Made by a program: the position numbers and the translations under genes | In this document: positions 26,233 through 39,556 of the stretch, one piece after another | Layout: every line of letters starts with the position of its first letter | Position numbering within the stretch: position 1 is the first letter of the stretch | Notes under the pieces: generated by a model | What the model was told of the DNA's origin: nothing | Seen by the model: only the letters and a program-made list of their open reading frames with translations | Databases searched by the model: none | From: Octopus sinensis | Lineage: Eukaryota | Length of the DNA: 64,000 nucleotides | Assembly (NCBI RefSeq): GCF_006345805.1 | Contig: NC_043004.1 | Location: forward strand, 11,160,001-11,224,000 | Direction of reading: 5' to 3'

Positions 26233-26271
26233 TATGATTACCACACAGCCACTCATATATATATATATATA

Positions 26272-26318
26272 TTGAAAATATATTAAATGTAATATTACCA
26301 GCACTAATTGTTCTTATG

Positions 26319-26374
<56 letters not shown>

Positions 26375-26440
26375 ATATATATACATACATATACATAAGA
26401 ACAATTAGTGCTAGTGATATTACATTTAATATATTTTCAA
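26272..26440. repeat. Inverted repeat (~55-bp arms) around a (TA)n core
   Basis: ttgaaaatatattaaatgtaatattaccagcactaattgttcttatgtata versus tatacataagaacaattagtgctagtgatattacatttaatatattttcaa; 2 mismatches. Confidence 0.9.
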
Positions 26441-26673
26441 TGTGTGTGACCTACAGGCTTAATTCTAAATCTATGTAGTATATTAATGAGCATTTAAGAA
26501 ATGAATAGCGCAATCGTATATATTACAAAGCAAACATAATGCTTTGTTGGTGTATTTTTTCTAAACATACACAAATACATATATAGAAACACACACATAC
26601 GCATACACACATATATAAGTATATACATATATATATAAATATGTACATGCTCGCACACATAAACACACACACG

Positions 26674-26721
<48 letters not shown>

Positions 26722-27097
26722 TACATACGCACGCATTCACGTGCATACGCATACACAGACGGACAAGACGTCTGGCGATGAAATCGTACGTAATATCTAA
26801 ACTTAGAGAGAATCTGAAATGATTCCTATTTTGAATGGCAGATTACGAAGCAGACAAATTTATAAATAATTGAGTATAAATATTGTGTAAAAACAGTAAA
26901 GAGATGTAAGACTTTTCTCAAGTTTAAAAGGTGAATTTTTTTTGTTATCCACATTCCGACGGTGGAGCATTTTATATTTGTTAGAAACCAGCTCCTTTAT
27001 AGGACAAGCTCAAATAATTAAAATACAAGACAACATACGTACGAACATGTTTATCCATAGACACATACATGCATGCATACATACATACATACATACA

Positions 27098-27131
<34 letters not shown>

Positions 27132-27185
27132 CTTACATACAAACATACATACATACATAAATACATACATACATTTTTTTTATTT

Positions 27186-27486
27186 ATGCGCTCTTTTCAA
27201 GCCTAGCCAGGCTCATGGGCCCGGTTTCCCGGTTTCTATGGCGTATGTGTTCCCACCAGCTAGACGGGACGCCAGTCCTTCGTAGCGTTACTCAAGAAAC
27301 AGGAAGAGAGCGTGAGAGAAAGTTGGCGCGAAAGAGTACAACAGGTGTCGCCACCACACCCTTCCAGAGCCTTGTGGAGTGTATATGTTTTCGCTGAATA
27401 AGCACACACAACGCCCGGTGTGGGAACCGAAAGGGCGATCTTCCGACTGCGAGTCCGCTGCCCTAACCACTGGGCCATTGCGCTCC
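27186..27486 (-). mobile_element. tRNA-derived SINE family B
   Basis: Reverse complement of the 48447 copy (gcgcaatggcccagtggttagggcagcggactcgc). Confidence 0.85.
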
Positions 27487-27864
27487 ACACATACATATGT
27501 ACGTACGTCTATTTATTTCATCTTTTGTCCGTCGTCTTAAATTCCATTTTTTTTTACTTTCATATGTCCACTCTGTGTTGTTTTCTTTGCTTGAGGCACG
27601 ACAATCTCTGCGACTTTCGCAGGGGCCCCTAATATGGGAAGTTCTCAGTCCTATCATTCATGGTACGAAACTGAGTATTACCAGTTTGGCTGATAACTGA
27701 TGAAGAATTAGGGAGCCTCTCTGTCTGTCTCCCGTACGGTTGTACCCTCAATATACGTATTCTTTTTTTTATCTGTCGTTATTTATCAACAATGCATTTT
27801 TATATTTACTCATAACAACATGCATATATACCTACATACATATATATATGTATATATAAGAGAT

Positions 27865-27990
27865 AATGGTGTCATTGAGACCCAAGAGTATCAGGTAATG
27901 CTGAATAAGTGCTATAGACAGACCATAGTTAAGTTCCAGATTCGGTAATTTTGCGAATAATGAGTTCAACGTTGGTACTATGTCAGCGTG
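27865..27990. repeat. Unclassified ~125-bp interspersed repeat, copy 1
   Basis: aatggtgtcattgagaccca..ctgaataagtgctataga..tgcgaataa..atgtcag also at 54481-54598. Confidence 0.75.
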
Positions 27991-28016
27991 TGTATATATG
28001 AACTTTTTGCGTAATA

Positions 28017-28266
28017 AGATAAAAAACCCAAGGCTGTGTAGATATTAGAACATTTATAGATAGGTCTTACAGCTGTTTCTAGGATATTTATTAATTATAT
28101 CCCTTCATCGGAGACAGTGTGAGAGGATGGTTAAGTCATAGTTAGCTTAACCATCCTCTCACATCGTCTCCGATGAAGGGATATCAGTAATATATATCCT
28201 GGAAAGAGCTGTAAGACCTATCTATAAATGTTCTAATATCTACACAGCCTTGGGTTTTTTTTATCT
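28017..28266. mobile_element. 250-bp fold-back element with a hammerhead-like motif in each arm
   Basis: Arms of ~118 bp around a ~10-nt loop at 28136-28145. Minus arm reads GTCT-CCGATGA-AGGGATAT..ATATCCTA-GAAA-CAGCTG-TA-AGAC. Confidence 0.75.
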
Positions 28267-29640
28267 CCTTACGCAAAAAATTCTTATATATACATATATA
28301 TATAAGCACATACATATGCACATACAGACACACACACACACACATATACTATGTTAGCGCCTTGTTTCTTGAACAACGTTTCAAATTTAAATTACATTCA
28401 AACAGTAATCGAACAAGTGTTCTAATGATTGCAATATATATATATATGAATATATTTTGTAATGTAATACAATAGACGCTTTGTGTTTGATCAAAGCAGC
28501 AATGTACGATATGCTTTCAACAATACCCAAGATGTTAACTACACGCATTGCATTAACGGGAGAAACAGCACTGGTACGACTGCTTTATGTGTGGGAGACA
28601 AATATCGAACGTTCGTATCTACAGCATCCTTCTGCAAGTGAATTCTAAATCTAGTTATCTCTAGAAATTTAGTCAGCTTAAAGCAAAATTGCACTACAGT
28701 GATTTTGTTCTTTCCCCCGACCGTATAATAACATTATGTAACAAAATCTCAAAACAGTAGCGGTTTCTTTGGAATATAAGAGCTAAAAGGTTTACAAAAC
28801 CAGAAACTAGAAAGAATGTAACAACCTTGAGTGAAGAATACAATACGACGTCGCTAGATAGCAAGCTTACGAAGTTTCTCTAGTACCTTCCGTCATTCAT
28901 GTAGTAGAACTATATTATTTAAAACTGAATGGGCAGAAACTCCAACCACAAACTGATTGGTTAGATATTGCATTGCTGGAGAGAAAATAGTGAAAGGTGA
29001 GGATGATTTTAAACTCTAGGAAAACTTCAAGATGATGTTTCAGTTACAATTAGACGTATAACTTTCTGCCATTGCGTGTATCGCTGTTGGCTCGTAAACC
29101 TGCGTGGTATAGCAACCAAGTCTGGGAATATAACATTTCACGACCATTAGATGATTGATCTTCTTTAGAATGTTAATAACTAGCAACAGATTCAAATTCA
29201 TTCCATTTTTTGGTGTCTTTCTTGTAGAATTCAGTCTCAAGTGTTTATTCAATGTTTTGTATTACATATTTTATGTTTTCGTTTCGGTGTCAGCATAGGT
29301 TTCATTCTGAAAGCTTTCGAGCTTATTCCATGATGGATTAATTACTTGCTTCATGTGTATGTGTATGAATTAGCCCCCTTGTATATACATCTATATATAG
29401 TAATGTATATTTTGTTTTTGCGTATACGCTTGTATTTTACAAATGGATATCTATCTCTACTGAATAGTGTGTAGATATTTGCATGAATTTCTTTAGGTAC
29501 GCTTATATAATTCCCTGTGTATACTTACGTATTAAAAGGGAAGATGAGCAGACCAAGACATAAAAATGGAAGCGATAAAAGATATATGAAAAGAAACAAT
29601 GCAACAGCGATCGATAAAAATTATGGCTCATAGAAATACA

Positions 29641-29698
<58 letters not shown>

Positions 29699-29778
29699 CT
29701 ATCTATCTATCTATCTATCTATCTACCTATCTATCTTCTATCTATCTATCATCTATCTATCTATCTACCTATCTATCT

Positions 29779-29863
<85 letters not shown>

Positions 29864-29963
29864 ATATATATATATATACATACACATATATATATATGTG
29901 TATATATATGTATATATACATACACGTAGCTCTCTCCCTCCTCTTTGCCTCCTCTCTCTCTAA

Positions 29964-30007
<44 letters not shown>

Positions 30008-30714
30008 TTATACGTAATATATTTATACGTAATATATATTTATATATATATATATATATATATATTTATACGTAAGCATACACACACATACATATAAATG
30101 CATACTTGAGCATACGTGTCCGCGTGTCTGTGTATGGGTTATGTTTATGCGCGTGTGATACCTATAACTATAAAACTGTGCTAATGACGCCTGGCAAACA
30201 TAACATCTATAGGTAGAACATTAACATTTGTATCTTTAAAATCAATAAAAACAAGAAGAAAATGAACACACATACCAACAGATACACGTCGGTCGATGTG
30301 AACTGAAAACTGTATAAAATTTCACTTGTTTAAAACGTGTTACTAACAAAGAATGAATGTAATATGGGTATTCCCATATTTCAAAAACAGACATATTATC
30401 CGTTAAATTAATTACAGCTATGAATTTATATGCGACATAAACTTGCTGAACAAGATAGGCGAATGCATGCTGAAGAGCTCAATAAAACTTGTGTAATTTG
30501 AGTGTACATTGTGTAGGTTCTCATAACTTTTTAGTTAGGGGTCGAAACTGTGTAGATATATATACCAATATAAATATGTATTTTGCCTTTTATACACACA
30601 TACGGAGAAGCATTTACATACGTACGCACTCATATATGTTTACACAAGCTCATATACATACGTAATATGCATGTTTTATGAGTATATATATACATATTAC
30701 GTATACATACTTAT

Positions 30715-30746
<32 letters not shown>

Positions 30747-30760
30747 GTATATATATATAC

Positions 30761-31263
30761 GATCTGGCAGAAACGTTCGCGCTCCTGGTGAAATGCTTAG
30801 CGGTATTTCGTCTGCGTTACGTTGTGAGTTCAAATTCCGCCGAGGTCGACTTTGCCTTTCATCCTTTCGGGGTCGATAAATTAAGTACCAGTTACGCACT
30901 GGGGTCGATGTAATCAACTTAATACCTATGTCTGTCCTTGTTTGTCCCCTCTGTGTTTAGCCCCTTGTGGGTAATAAAGAAATAGGTATTTCGTCTGTCG
31001 TTACGTTCTGAGTTCAAATTCCGCCGAGGTCGACTTTGCCTTTCATCCTTTCGGGGTCGATGTAATCGACTTAATCCCATTGTCTATCCCCTCTATGTTT
31101 AGCCCCTTGTGGGTAATAAAGAAATAGGTATTTCGTCTGTCGTTACGTTCTGAGTTCAAATTCCGCCGAGGTCGACTTTGCCTTTCATCCTTTCGGGGTC
31201 GATGTAATCGACTTAATCCCATTGTCTATCCCCTCTATGTTTAGCCCCTTGTGGGTAGTAAAG
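30761..31263 (+). mobile_element. SINE family C as a head-to-tail trimer
   Basis: One full copy, then two near-identical 142-bp modules restarting at gtatttcgtc (30986 and 31128). Confidence 0.85.
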
Positions 31264-31290
31264 ATATATATATATATATATATACATGCA

Positions 31291-31453
31291 GGTGCAGGAG
31301 TGGCTGTGTGGTAAGTAGCTTGCTTACCAACCATATGGTTCTGGGTTCAGTCCCACTGCGTGACACCTTGGGTGAGTGTCTTCCAATATAGCCTCGGGTC
31401 ACGCAAAGCCTTGTGAGGGGATTTTGTAGACGAAACTGGAAGAGGTCCGTCGT
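31291..31453 (+). mobile_element. SINE family A, 5' half
   Basis: ggtgcaggagtggctgtgtggtaag..ggttcagtccc..; ends in a (TG)n array. Confidence 0.8.
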
Positions 31454-31540
31454 ATATATGTGCATGTGTGTGCGTGCGTGTGTATGCGTGTGTGTGCGTG
31501 TGTGTGCGTGTGTGTGTGTGTCTGTGTGCGTGTGTGTGTG

Positions 31541-31599
<59 letters not shown>

Positions 31600-32082
31600 T
31601 TGTTATGGTATATTCTGTTAAGAACATAGTAGAGTACATTATAAAGCTCGTCCAGCTTCGGATTTAGCCGGTGTTATCCACTAGTAGTATTAACATATTT
31701 CCAGGTTTGCGTTTTGGCATTTGTCGTGTGTGAATAGGTAATTGAGGTTAATAAGAAGGCGTACGGTTGGACAACCATTCCCATTGCATCTAAACATTCA
31801 AAGCAGTTTGCCAACGGCCCTTTTAGCGGCAACACATTTTGATAAGATCAGAGACTCCTACTACATTCAGTCCACGACTGAGAGAAAGGATGTACTTGAG
31901 GCCGAGGATTTTAAACTTACGGAGACAATATTCATATATCGCCTGGGGAAACGAAACGAGATCCCGTAATGCACGGAAACAGCTGCATAATCAAGTACCT
32001 GCACACCTGGAGGAGAACGTTGCGAGGAAACCTTTCGAGTGATTAAAAAATAAATGTCCAACAGTACCCCAACAGCATATAT

Positions 32083-32143
<61 letters not shown>

Positions 32144-32146
<3 letters not shown>

Positions 32147-32659
32147 TCTTAACTGACTGGAAGTGTTATCATGTACATTGTTTTGTCTTGGTATAAAAGA
32201 AGGGCTACAGCAAATATTCTGCTCAATACCACATATTTGCTTGTCAGTTGTTTGACCTTAACCAGTTGAGCATGTCCCTTAGTGGCTGACGATATGTGCA
32301 TCTCTGATCACGAGCAGAAGTAGTGGGGGAGCATCATAGCCATGTGTTGAGAGGGATTCTTGGAGGTTTGAATAATTCACCTCTGGAAACATGGGTGGTT
32401 CTTTCAACATCCTTAAACAACCCTTATTCAGGGACCTTTTGAGCGGGATGGGCTACTCAACCTGAAGAAAATTCTAACTGGGCCCCACCTGCAAGGTCAT
32501 GTGCTGTTTATCTCGATATGAGATCACCATGTCGCGCACATATGGTTGTGATGCATGTGCCTGGTGTACCTTTATCAGACGGGTAGTCATGATGGGTATA
32601 TTGGGCTTCGTATATTTTACCCCAGTGTCACTTTGATGGCATGAACTGCTCTCTCACTC
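32144..32659. mobile_element. Unclassified ~520-bp ORF-less interspersed repeat embedded in (TAA)n
   Basis: Bounded on both sides by (AAT)n; partial second copy at 17213-17367. Confidence 0.75.
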
Positions 32660-32674
32660 AATAATAATAATAAT

Positions 32675-33262
32675 GTGATAAAAAATGGAGCTGACCCAAA
32701 ATGCCGATTCTGTAACGATGAGATTGAAACAATAGACCACCTAATCTCAGGGTGTTGATTCTTAGCACCTGTAGAATATAAAGCAAGACATGACAGAGTC
32801 GGCCAGTATTTACACTGGACAATATGTCGGCATCATAATATCAAAACCGCTGACAAATGGTATAAACACCATCCTGAAGCTGTGACTGAAGGAGAAAATG
32901 TGTCGATTCTATTGGACTTCCCCGTACATACCGACAAAACTATAAAAGCTAATAAACCGGATCCTATAAAAGATCAGACAAAAAGATGTGTTTATTAATT
33001 GATATGGGTATTCCTTGCGACCACAATAGAGCGGCGAAAGAATTTGACAAGATTAGTAAATATAAAGTCTTGCTAATAGAAGTTGAAAAAATGTAGCATC
33101 TCAAGGCGACTATAGTACCAGTGATTGTAGGATCTCTAAGAATGATAAAAAAAGGTACTGACACCTATATGAAAATGATACCAGGCTTACCATTCCTACA
33201 GGAAATGCAAAAAACCGTGTTAACTGGAACAGCTCATGTACTGAGAAGAGCATTATCGCATA
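32675..33262 (+). mobile_element. R4/Dong-clade LINE 3' end (CCHC knuckle and RLE endonuclease), degenerate
   Basis: CRFCNDEIETIDHLISGC, YKARHDRVGQYLHWTIC, TIKANKPD, IDMGIP and PVIVGSL..QKTVLTGTAHVLRRALS; starts right after (AAT)n. Confidence 0.85.
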
Positions 33263-34542
33263 TTCCTGCGTTGTTTTGCTATTTTTACCAGGGTCAAGAA
33301 TTTGTTTCATTTTGTCGCTCCTTCTGGCCTCTTTCCACCATCGTCATTTTCAATGCTTACGACCTCCATTTTCAGTTTTCGTATTGTAGATTTGCATGGG
33401 GTTCCATTCTTAAATTCCCTTAAAATAGTAATACGTTCAATACGTCTACCAATAGTATATTTTTGCACCTGATGTACTAGTGCCATAAGGCGCCTATAAT
33501 TTCGAGTGGGACCCTTGGAGGAAACTCTAATCTAAGATTAATGTTTATAACATTTTTTCAATAAACACTGTCAATAAAATTTTCAGATCTAAAACAGGAT
33601 TCTTCTGATAATAGATCTACGTTCTCCTATATTTGTTTTTGTATTTTGAGGGAAAAACGTGTCGCTAATAGTGAGTTAGCAGAGTTTACATTTCGATTTC
33701 TAACGAAATATATGCAATTTCATGTATGAGACAAATTTTGGGCAAGGCCTTATTGTAACAGAATGCTACTATATCAAAGAATTTTTTTTTTGTTAGAAGA
33801 TGTCTTAGCAATATATATATATATTGGTCTTCTGGGTCAGATTTCTAAAACAATGATCGCCTGTTAGAAGAGGTTTTATTAATGTGTCTTTATATTTCAG
33901 ATTTATATATACATTGAAACCTGAGTCTTGAGTGACATCTCAGCAATTACTAGTATGGTGTTGATTTTGATTTTTAGTAGTAATTCATTTGAAGTGCTAA
34001 CATGGTCATTCTTATTTCAAGGACCTACCTAAGCTGTAACTATTAGCATCGCTTGACAGACTAATCTGGAATCCTAAATCGTAGGGATTCCAGTTTATCA
34101 AAAATAGCATTTCTTTTACAAGTCTCTACATGAGTATTTATAATGCTTACCTCAAGAAAGTTAATTTAACATATGAACTCGAAAATTTGCTTCTCTTCTT
34201 TCATTCTGTGGTCACAAACAGAAGATTCTATTTTTAAAATGATGACGCGCACACACAGCAAATAGTTTAGTGTAAGCCACTTGTTTCATCCATAACGTTA
34301 GTAATGGAAGCCTAATGATTTATATGGCTTAATACAGAGACAGACTTACACATGTAAACATATATGTTGTGTATATTTACTCAGGTCACTTGACACGCCA
34401 CAATAATTGAACTTATAAACTTAAGTAAGCATGGAAACGAATTACACACATTCACATTCACACAAACACACACACACACACACACAAAAGCACATGTGTG
34501 TATATAATTTATATATACATACATACATATATATTATATTAT

Positions 34543-34670
<128 letters not shown>

Positions 34671-35849
34671 GATATATATATATTTACTTCGATGTGAGTG
34701 AGAAAAAAAGACGCGTTTATCCAATTACGCATCTATACAGTCAATACATTAATGTAACTTATGTCGAAATGATATCATTTTATTGTTAAGGTTTGTATCT
34801 CATTGGGGCTTTATTTGAAATCTCAGATACACAAACAAATTCATTAGAGAGAAATCAGTCAATATTAATAGAAAGCCATAGTACTAATCATCTAGGGATA
34901 TATGTTCGTTTGTACTAATATTGCAATATATTTTCTATTATAACGTTATATTTGAATCATCTACTTTGCAATTCACTTGTTCGTTGCGATTCTGTTAACA
35001 CATTGATATTATAAGTTGTATTGAGAGTTTTCTTTTTGTAAATAAAATGGATTTAAAAGAAATGATAATTAAGAATAATAAACGGTTAATGTGATTTACA
35101 GCAATAGTCTTTATAACTAATGACCACTTCGTATGTGAATATAATAATAACAACACTTACGAATATAATAGTCAAAAGAGATAATCTCTACTGTGGTATG
35201 TTAATGTGCTAGAAATAGTCGTCCTATTTTTCTCAAATGTCGCCCTCTTCTTATAATCAAGAAGCTAAATTAAGGGAATTCGGGATATATATTTTGTTTG
35301 GAAAATAACTGACGAATGGCTTTAGCTCGTAGGATTCTTCGATAGGGCTGATGTGAGATTAAAAATATCCCAACAACAACAAAAACAAGAATGAACACCA
35401 ATAATTTGTTACAATGGAAGAAGCATTTTCTGCTCAAAGAAACAGTCCTTTTGTTAAGATTTACAGTCAAGTATTCCTTAAATATTTCCCACTGTTGTGG
35501 GAAAGGATATATTTCTGGATATATTTTTGCTTTAAGAAGAAAAATATAACATATTAAGGCTAGGTCGTTGTTGAATATTGGACGGTTCCATCATATTCCA
35601 CGGAAGGCTATTCTAAACATAATCCTTAATAGTTAAACAACAGAGTTCTGTTGGTCCTAATACACCGTTATCGTTCATTCGTAAGAAAATGTCGAGTTAG
35701 AATCATTAAATCGTTAATACATTGATTTGCGATATATGTTCAGGATCTCTATAGTCTGAGTTCAAATCTTACGGAGGTCGACTTGGTTTGTCGTCAAATT
35801 GGAGCTCGATAAATATTTTAGAACTTCATTGCTTGTTTTTAATTTTCTA

Positions 35850-36230
35850 TCTGGAAGGGATCTACAATAGTCACAGCTGGATGCGGATAGACTTCACCAT
35901 ATTTAAGTACCCAAGTCAAGGGGCATATCACTTCAGTGACCTTACGAGTGCATTTGAAATTGAAGGTTCCCGGGAGAAATTACTAAACATGTAATGAAAC
36001 AAAACTGTTCTGGTCCACTCTGATCTATTATCTTAATAGTTGTTTGTAATAAACATGAAAAAAAAAACAACAGTGCTTGTACTCTATGAAAACATATAAA
36101 TAAGTCTTTGTTCACTCTGACTATGAATCTTAAACCCTGATCAACATCAAAAAGGGGAGTCGAACCACTGAGAGAGTTTATACGTCTCCCCTCGATGTGG
36201 TACACAACACGTTCAAATCCCCACTTTAGA
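35850..36230 (+). pseudogene. Very degenerate non-LTR reverse transcriptase remnant
   Basis: HSWMRIDF.. and NIKKGSRTTERVYTSPL loosely echo the RT motifs WID(Y/F) and KGxxQGxxLSPL. Confidence 0.3.
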
Positions 36231-38144
36231 TGACATTCTAATTTCTTTGAAACACGAACACCGGCAAAATCTTCTTAGATATGATAAACATGAATATGAT
36301 AGAATAGTCACAACTGGAATGGTTTTCATTATACGTATAGTCTGGGGTTTCGCAGCATAGTATATAAAGATCCATTAACAACAAGTGCCTTAAGCAAGCC
36401 ACTGCGGTCACATGATCTGTTGGAAGCAGTAATCACATTTCCCTTAGATACCACCTTAATTCTTAAAAATGGACATTTTGAGAGGATAAACGCTATGGTC
36501 TAGAATGGAATGACTTTAATCAAAGGTGTGCTTCACCTGGGGTTAGACGACAACAACCACCTATTATCTGACTTTAGAAATTTAGATTGCATTCATGACC
36601 TACTTAGGTTCATATAGATGCTTTCAAGAATAGTGGGAATACAAATAATATTTCACTCAGTGAAATTTTTGAATATAAGAGATATACCAATCTTATGTTT
36701 AAAGAAACCTTCATTCAATATTTTACTCTCTTTTAATGTTTTCATACCAGAATACTGCATTATACCAGTCTATATTACAAGCAGCTACTTTAAATTTGCT
36801 TATAGGTTAACCCGAGTGTTCCTGAAGAATTCTTTGTCTCATACTTTTCAACATAAATTCAGCACGATAATACTAAAAATTATAGAAGATGGCACAGCTC
36901 ACAATCCTTTCTTAAGATCAATAGTTTCTTACTAATTGTCTACAATCTATGCTATTGTTGGTTTTCTTCGAAAATGCTAAGAATTGAACTGACAATTTGA
37001 CTAATATAAACGAAACCGAACATCGATGAATGTGGGAATTTGTTACTAAATAACCCCGGAGAGTTCTCCGCCGTGGAATAATGTCCTCTCTTGTATCCGC
37101 TAACAATTACAGAAACTATTTGTTTCGTCATAGTCATTGGTCAGTCTTATAACCCAAGATTTTCCATTCAAGTAACTCGGTCTCCAAAATTGTAACGTAC
37201 ACAATGCATTCCGGATATTATATTTTTTCCTCTTCCCGGATGAGAGATCATCATTTGGGGGGAAATGTTATTTATCTGCTATTCTTTAATTCTTTATCTT
37301 CTTTTACTCGTTTCAGTCATAAGACTGCGGCCATGCTAGATCAGCACCGTGGTCTTTCTGATTTCTTCCGTCAGGGGCTTTTCACATCACCATTTCTGTA
37401 TGTGCCTTTGTCCCAGCTGTTGGCCCATTTGGTGTATAAGGGAGTTTGATTCCGCTGCCCTCGTCTGCACCTCATGTCAGGTTGTTGGTTCATCCTGTAT
37501 TGTGGAGAAGATGTCTATTTCCTTTTGAAGACACCTACTTTCACCTTATGCAGATTTCTTAATTTTTTTGTCAGGGCATTGAAGACCTATCGATCTTCGA
37601 ACCCTTTATTTAGTAGACATCGAGTTATATGAGACGTAGCGAATCTGTCCATCATCAATCACTGAAACTTGCAGGCCTTACTTGCTGCCTAGGTCTAGGT
37701 CAACTAAGATCAAACTTATTCATTACTAAAGACAATTGTCTTTCAGAGTTTACACTATAAAACATATTAAGTACTTTGTCTTTTAAAATGAATCTGTACA
37801 AATTGAGAAAAACTTGCTTAATGTTTCTAGCAAGTCGAGTGACAACATTCAGCATAAAATTCAAAATATATGTCTCGTCATTGTAGCGTGCTGCGAATAA
37901 TCTCTGAATGTGTCATGGACTGAAGTCAAAACTTGTTAATGTTTTTTAAAACAGTATTTGACCGCAAAATATATTTCAGACATATCAACTCTGAGTAAAT
38001 TACACACATCACTAGTGAAATATGACATTTAATTGCTAATTAAACTTAGTGATTTTAGAAAAAAAACTTAATTTTTAAAAAGTGTGTCGCGTATGTGAAA
38101 CTTTTATAGAACTCTAGTGTAAAGTCTCCATCGTCGCATCACAG

Positions 38145-38269
38145 AAATGTTATCATCATCATCATCATCATCATCATTATCATCATCATCATCATCATTA
38201 TTATTATTATCATTATTATTATAATTATTATCATCATCATCATCATCATTATTATTATTATTATTATTA

Positions 38270-38312
<43 letters not shown>

Positions 38313-38325
38313 GCTATTATTATTT
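38145..38325. repeat. (ATC)n/(ATT)n microsatellite
   Basis: Direct. Confidence 0.95.
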
Positions 38326-38820
38326 CTTAGATACAGATTTTGAAAATTGGTGAAGTCTCAGACAATAAATTAAGTTAGCTGAAACAATAGACAGAAAGGA
38401 AAGAAATATAAATCAACACTTTAAATAACAACAACTCCTCAACCAAAAAAAAAAAAAAAAAATATAAAGGTACGAAAATAGAATTTAAAAATTCTTTAAA
38501 AAAGGGAGGTAATTGCAGACATACATACATACAAACATATACACACAAATACACAAATCAAAAATAATAAAACAAGTAGGAAATTAAATAAAGAAATACA
38601 ATATTGCTGAAATACAAATTAGAATACTCGGAGGTAGGAACAATTAAATTGACAAGTAAGATAAGATGTTGTTAGCACGTGATTAGCTTATGTATAGGCA
38701 TTGCAGTTCATTAGTACTATACGAATAGTGGAAAAGCAGTGTCGATAACATTCGTTTGTATTGTATTGTCTAGTGTATTACTCTGGAATAATGGAGAGAA
38801 ATGAGCACGCACACACACAA

Positions 38821-38854
<34 letters not shown>

Positions 38855-38902
38855 GCACGCACACACACACACACACACACACATACACACACACACACAC
38901 AT

Positions 38903-38937
<35 letters not shown>

Positions 38938-39096
38938 CATACATATATACATAGACATGGAAAAGCCCATAAACGGGCACACACATGAATACACATGGAA
39001 ATGTATACACACATACGCTCAGATGTACTTGCACTTACGCACAATCTTCTTGAATGTACACACATGTACACAGAGCTATATACGTAAACATACATG

Positions 39097-39132
<36 letters not shown>

Positions 39133-39189
39133 TGTATGTGTGTATATATATATATTATATATATATATATGTGCGTATATATACACAGC

Positions 39190-39224
<35 letters not shown>

Positions 39225-39278
39225 GTGTGTGTGTGTATATGTATATTTATATATATATATGTGCGTATATATACACAG

Positions 39279-39316
<38 letters not shown>

Positions 39317-39492
39317 ATATATATATATATATATAGCTGTGTATATATATGGTGTATATGTTACATATATATACATATATATATATATATGCGTGTATGT
39401 GTGTATATATATATATCTAACATATACACCATTGAACACACACGTACGCATATATACATATACTCACTCTCATATGCTTAAACACATATATA

Positions 39493-39556
<64 letters not shown>

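Noticed and set aside
33595-33670. ttcttCTGATAA..GAAAaacgtgTC, with a similar motif on the minus strand at 42030-42075
   Set aside because: Core has a G8A change and no stems I or II; at best a very decayed hammerhead.
36600-38120. Tc1-like N-terminal HTH fragment (IVSGYKRGH) and a possible TIR near 38100
   Set aside because: Similarity is too weak and no DDE motif was seen.
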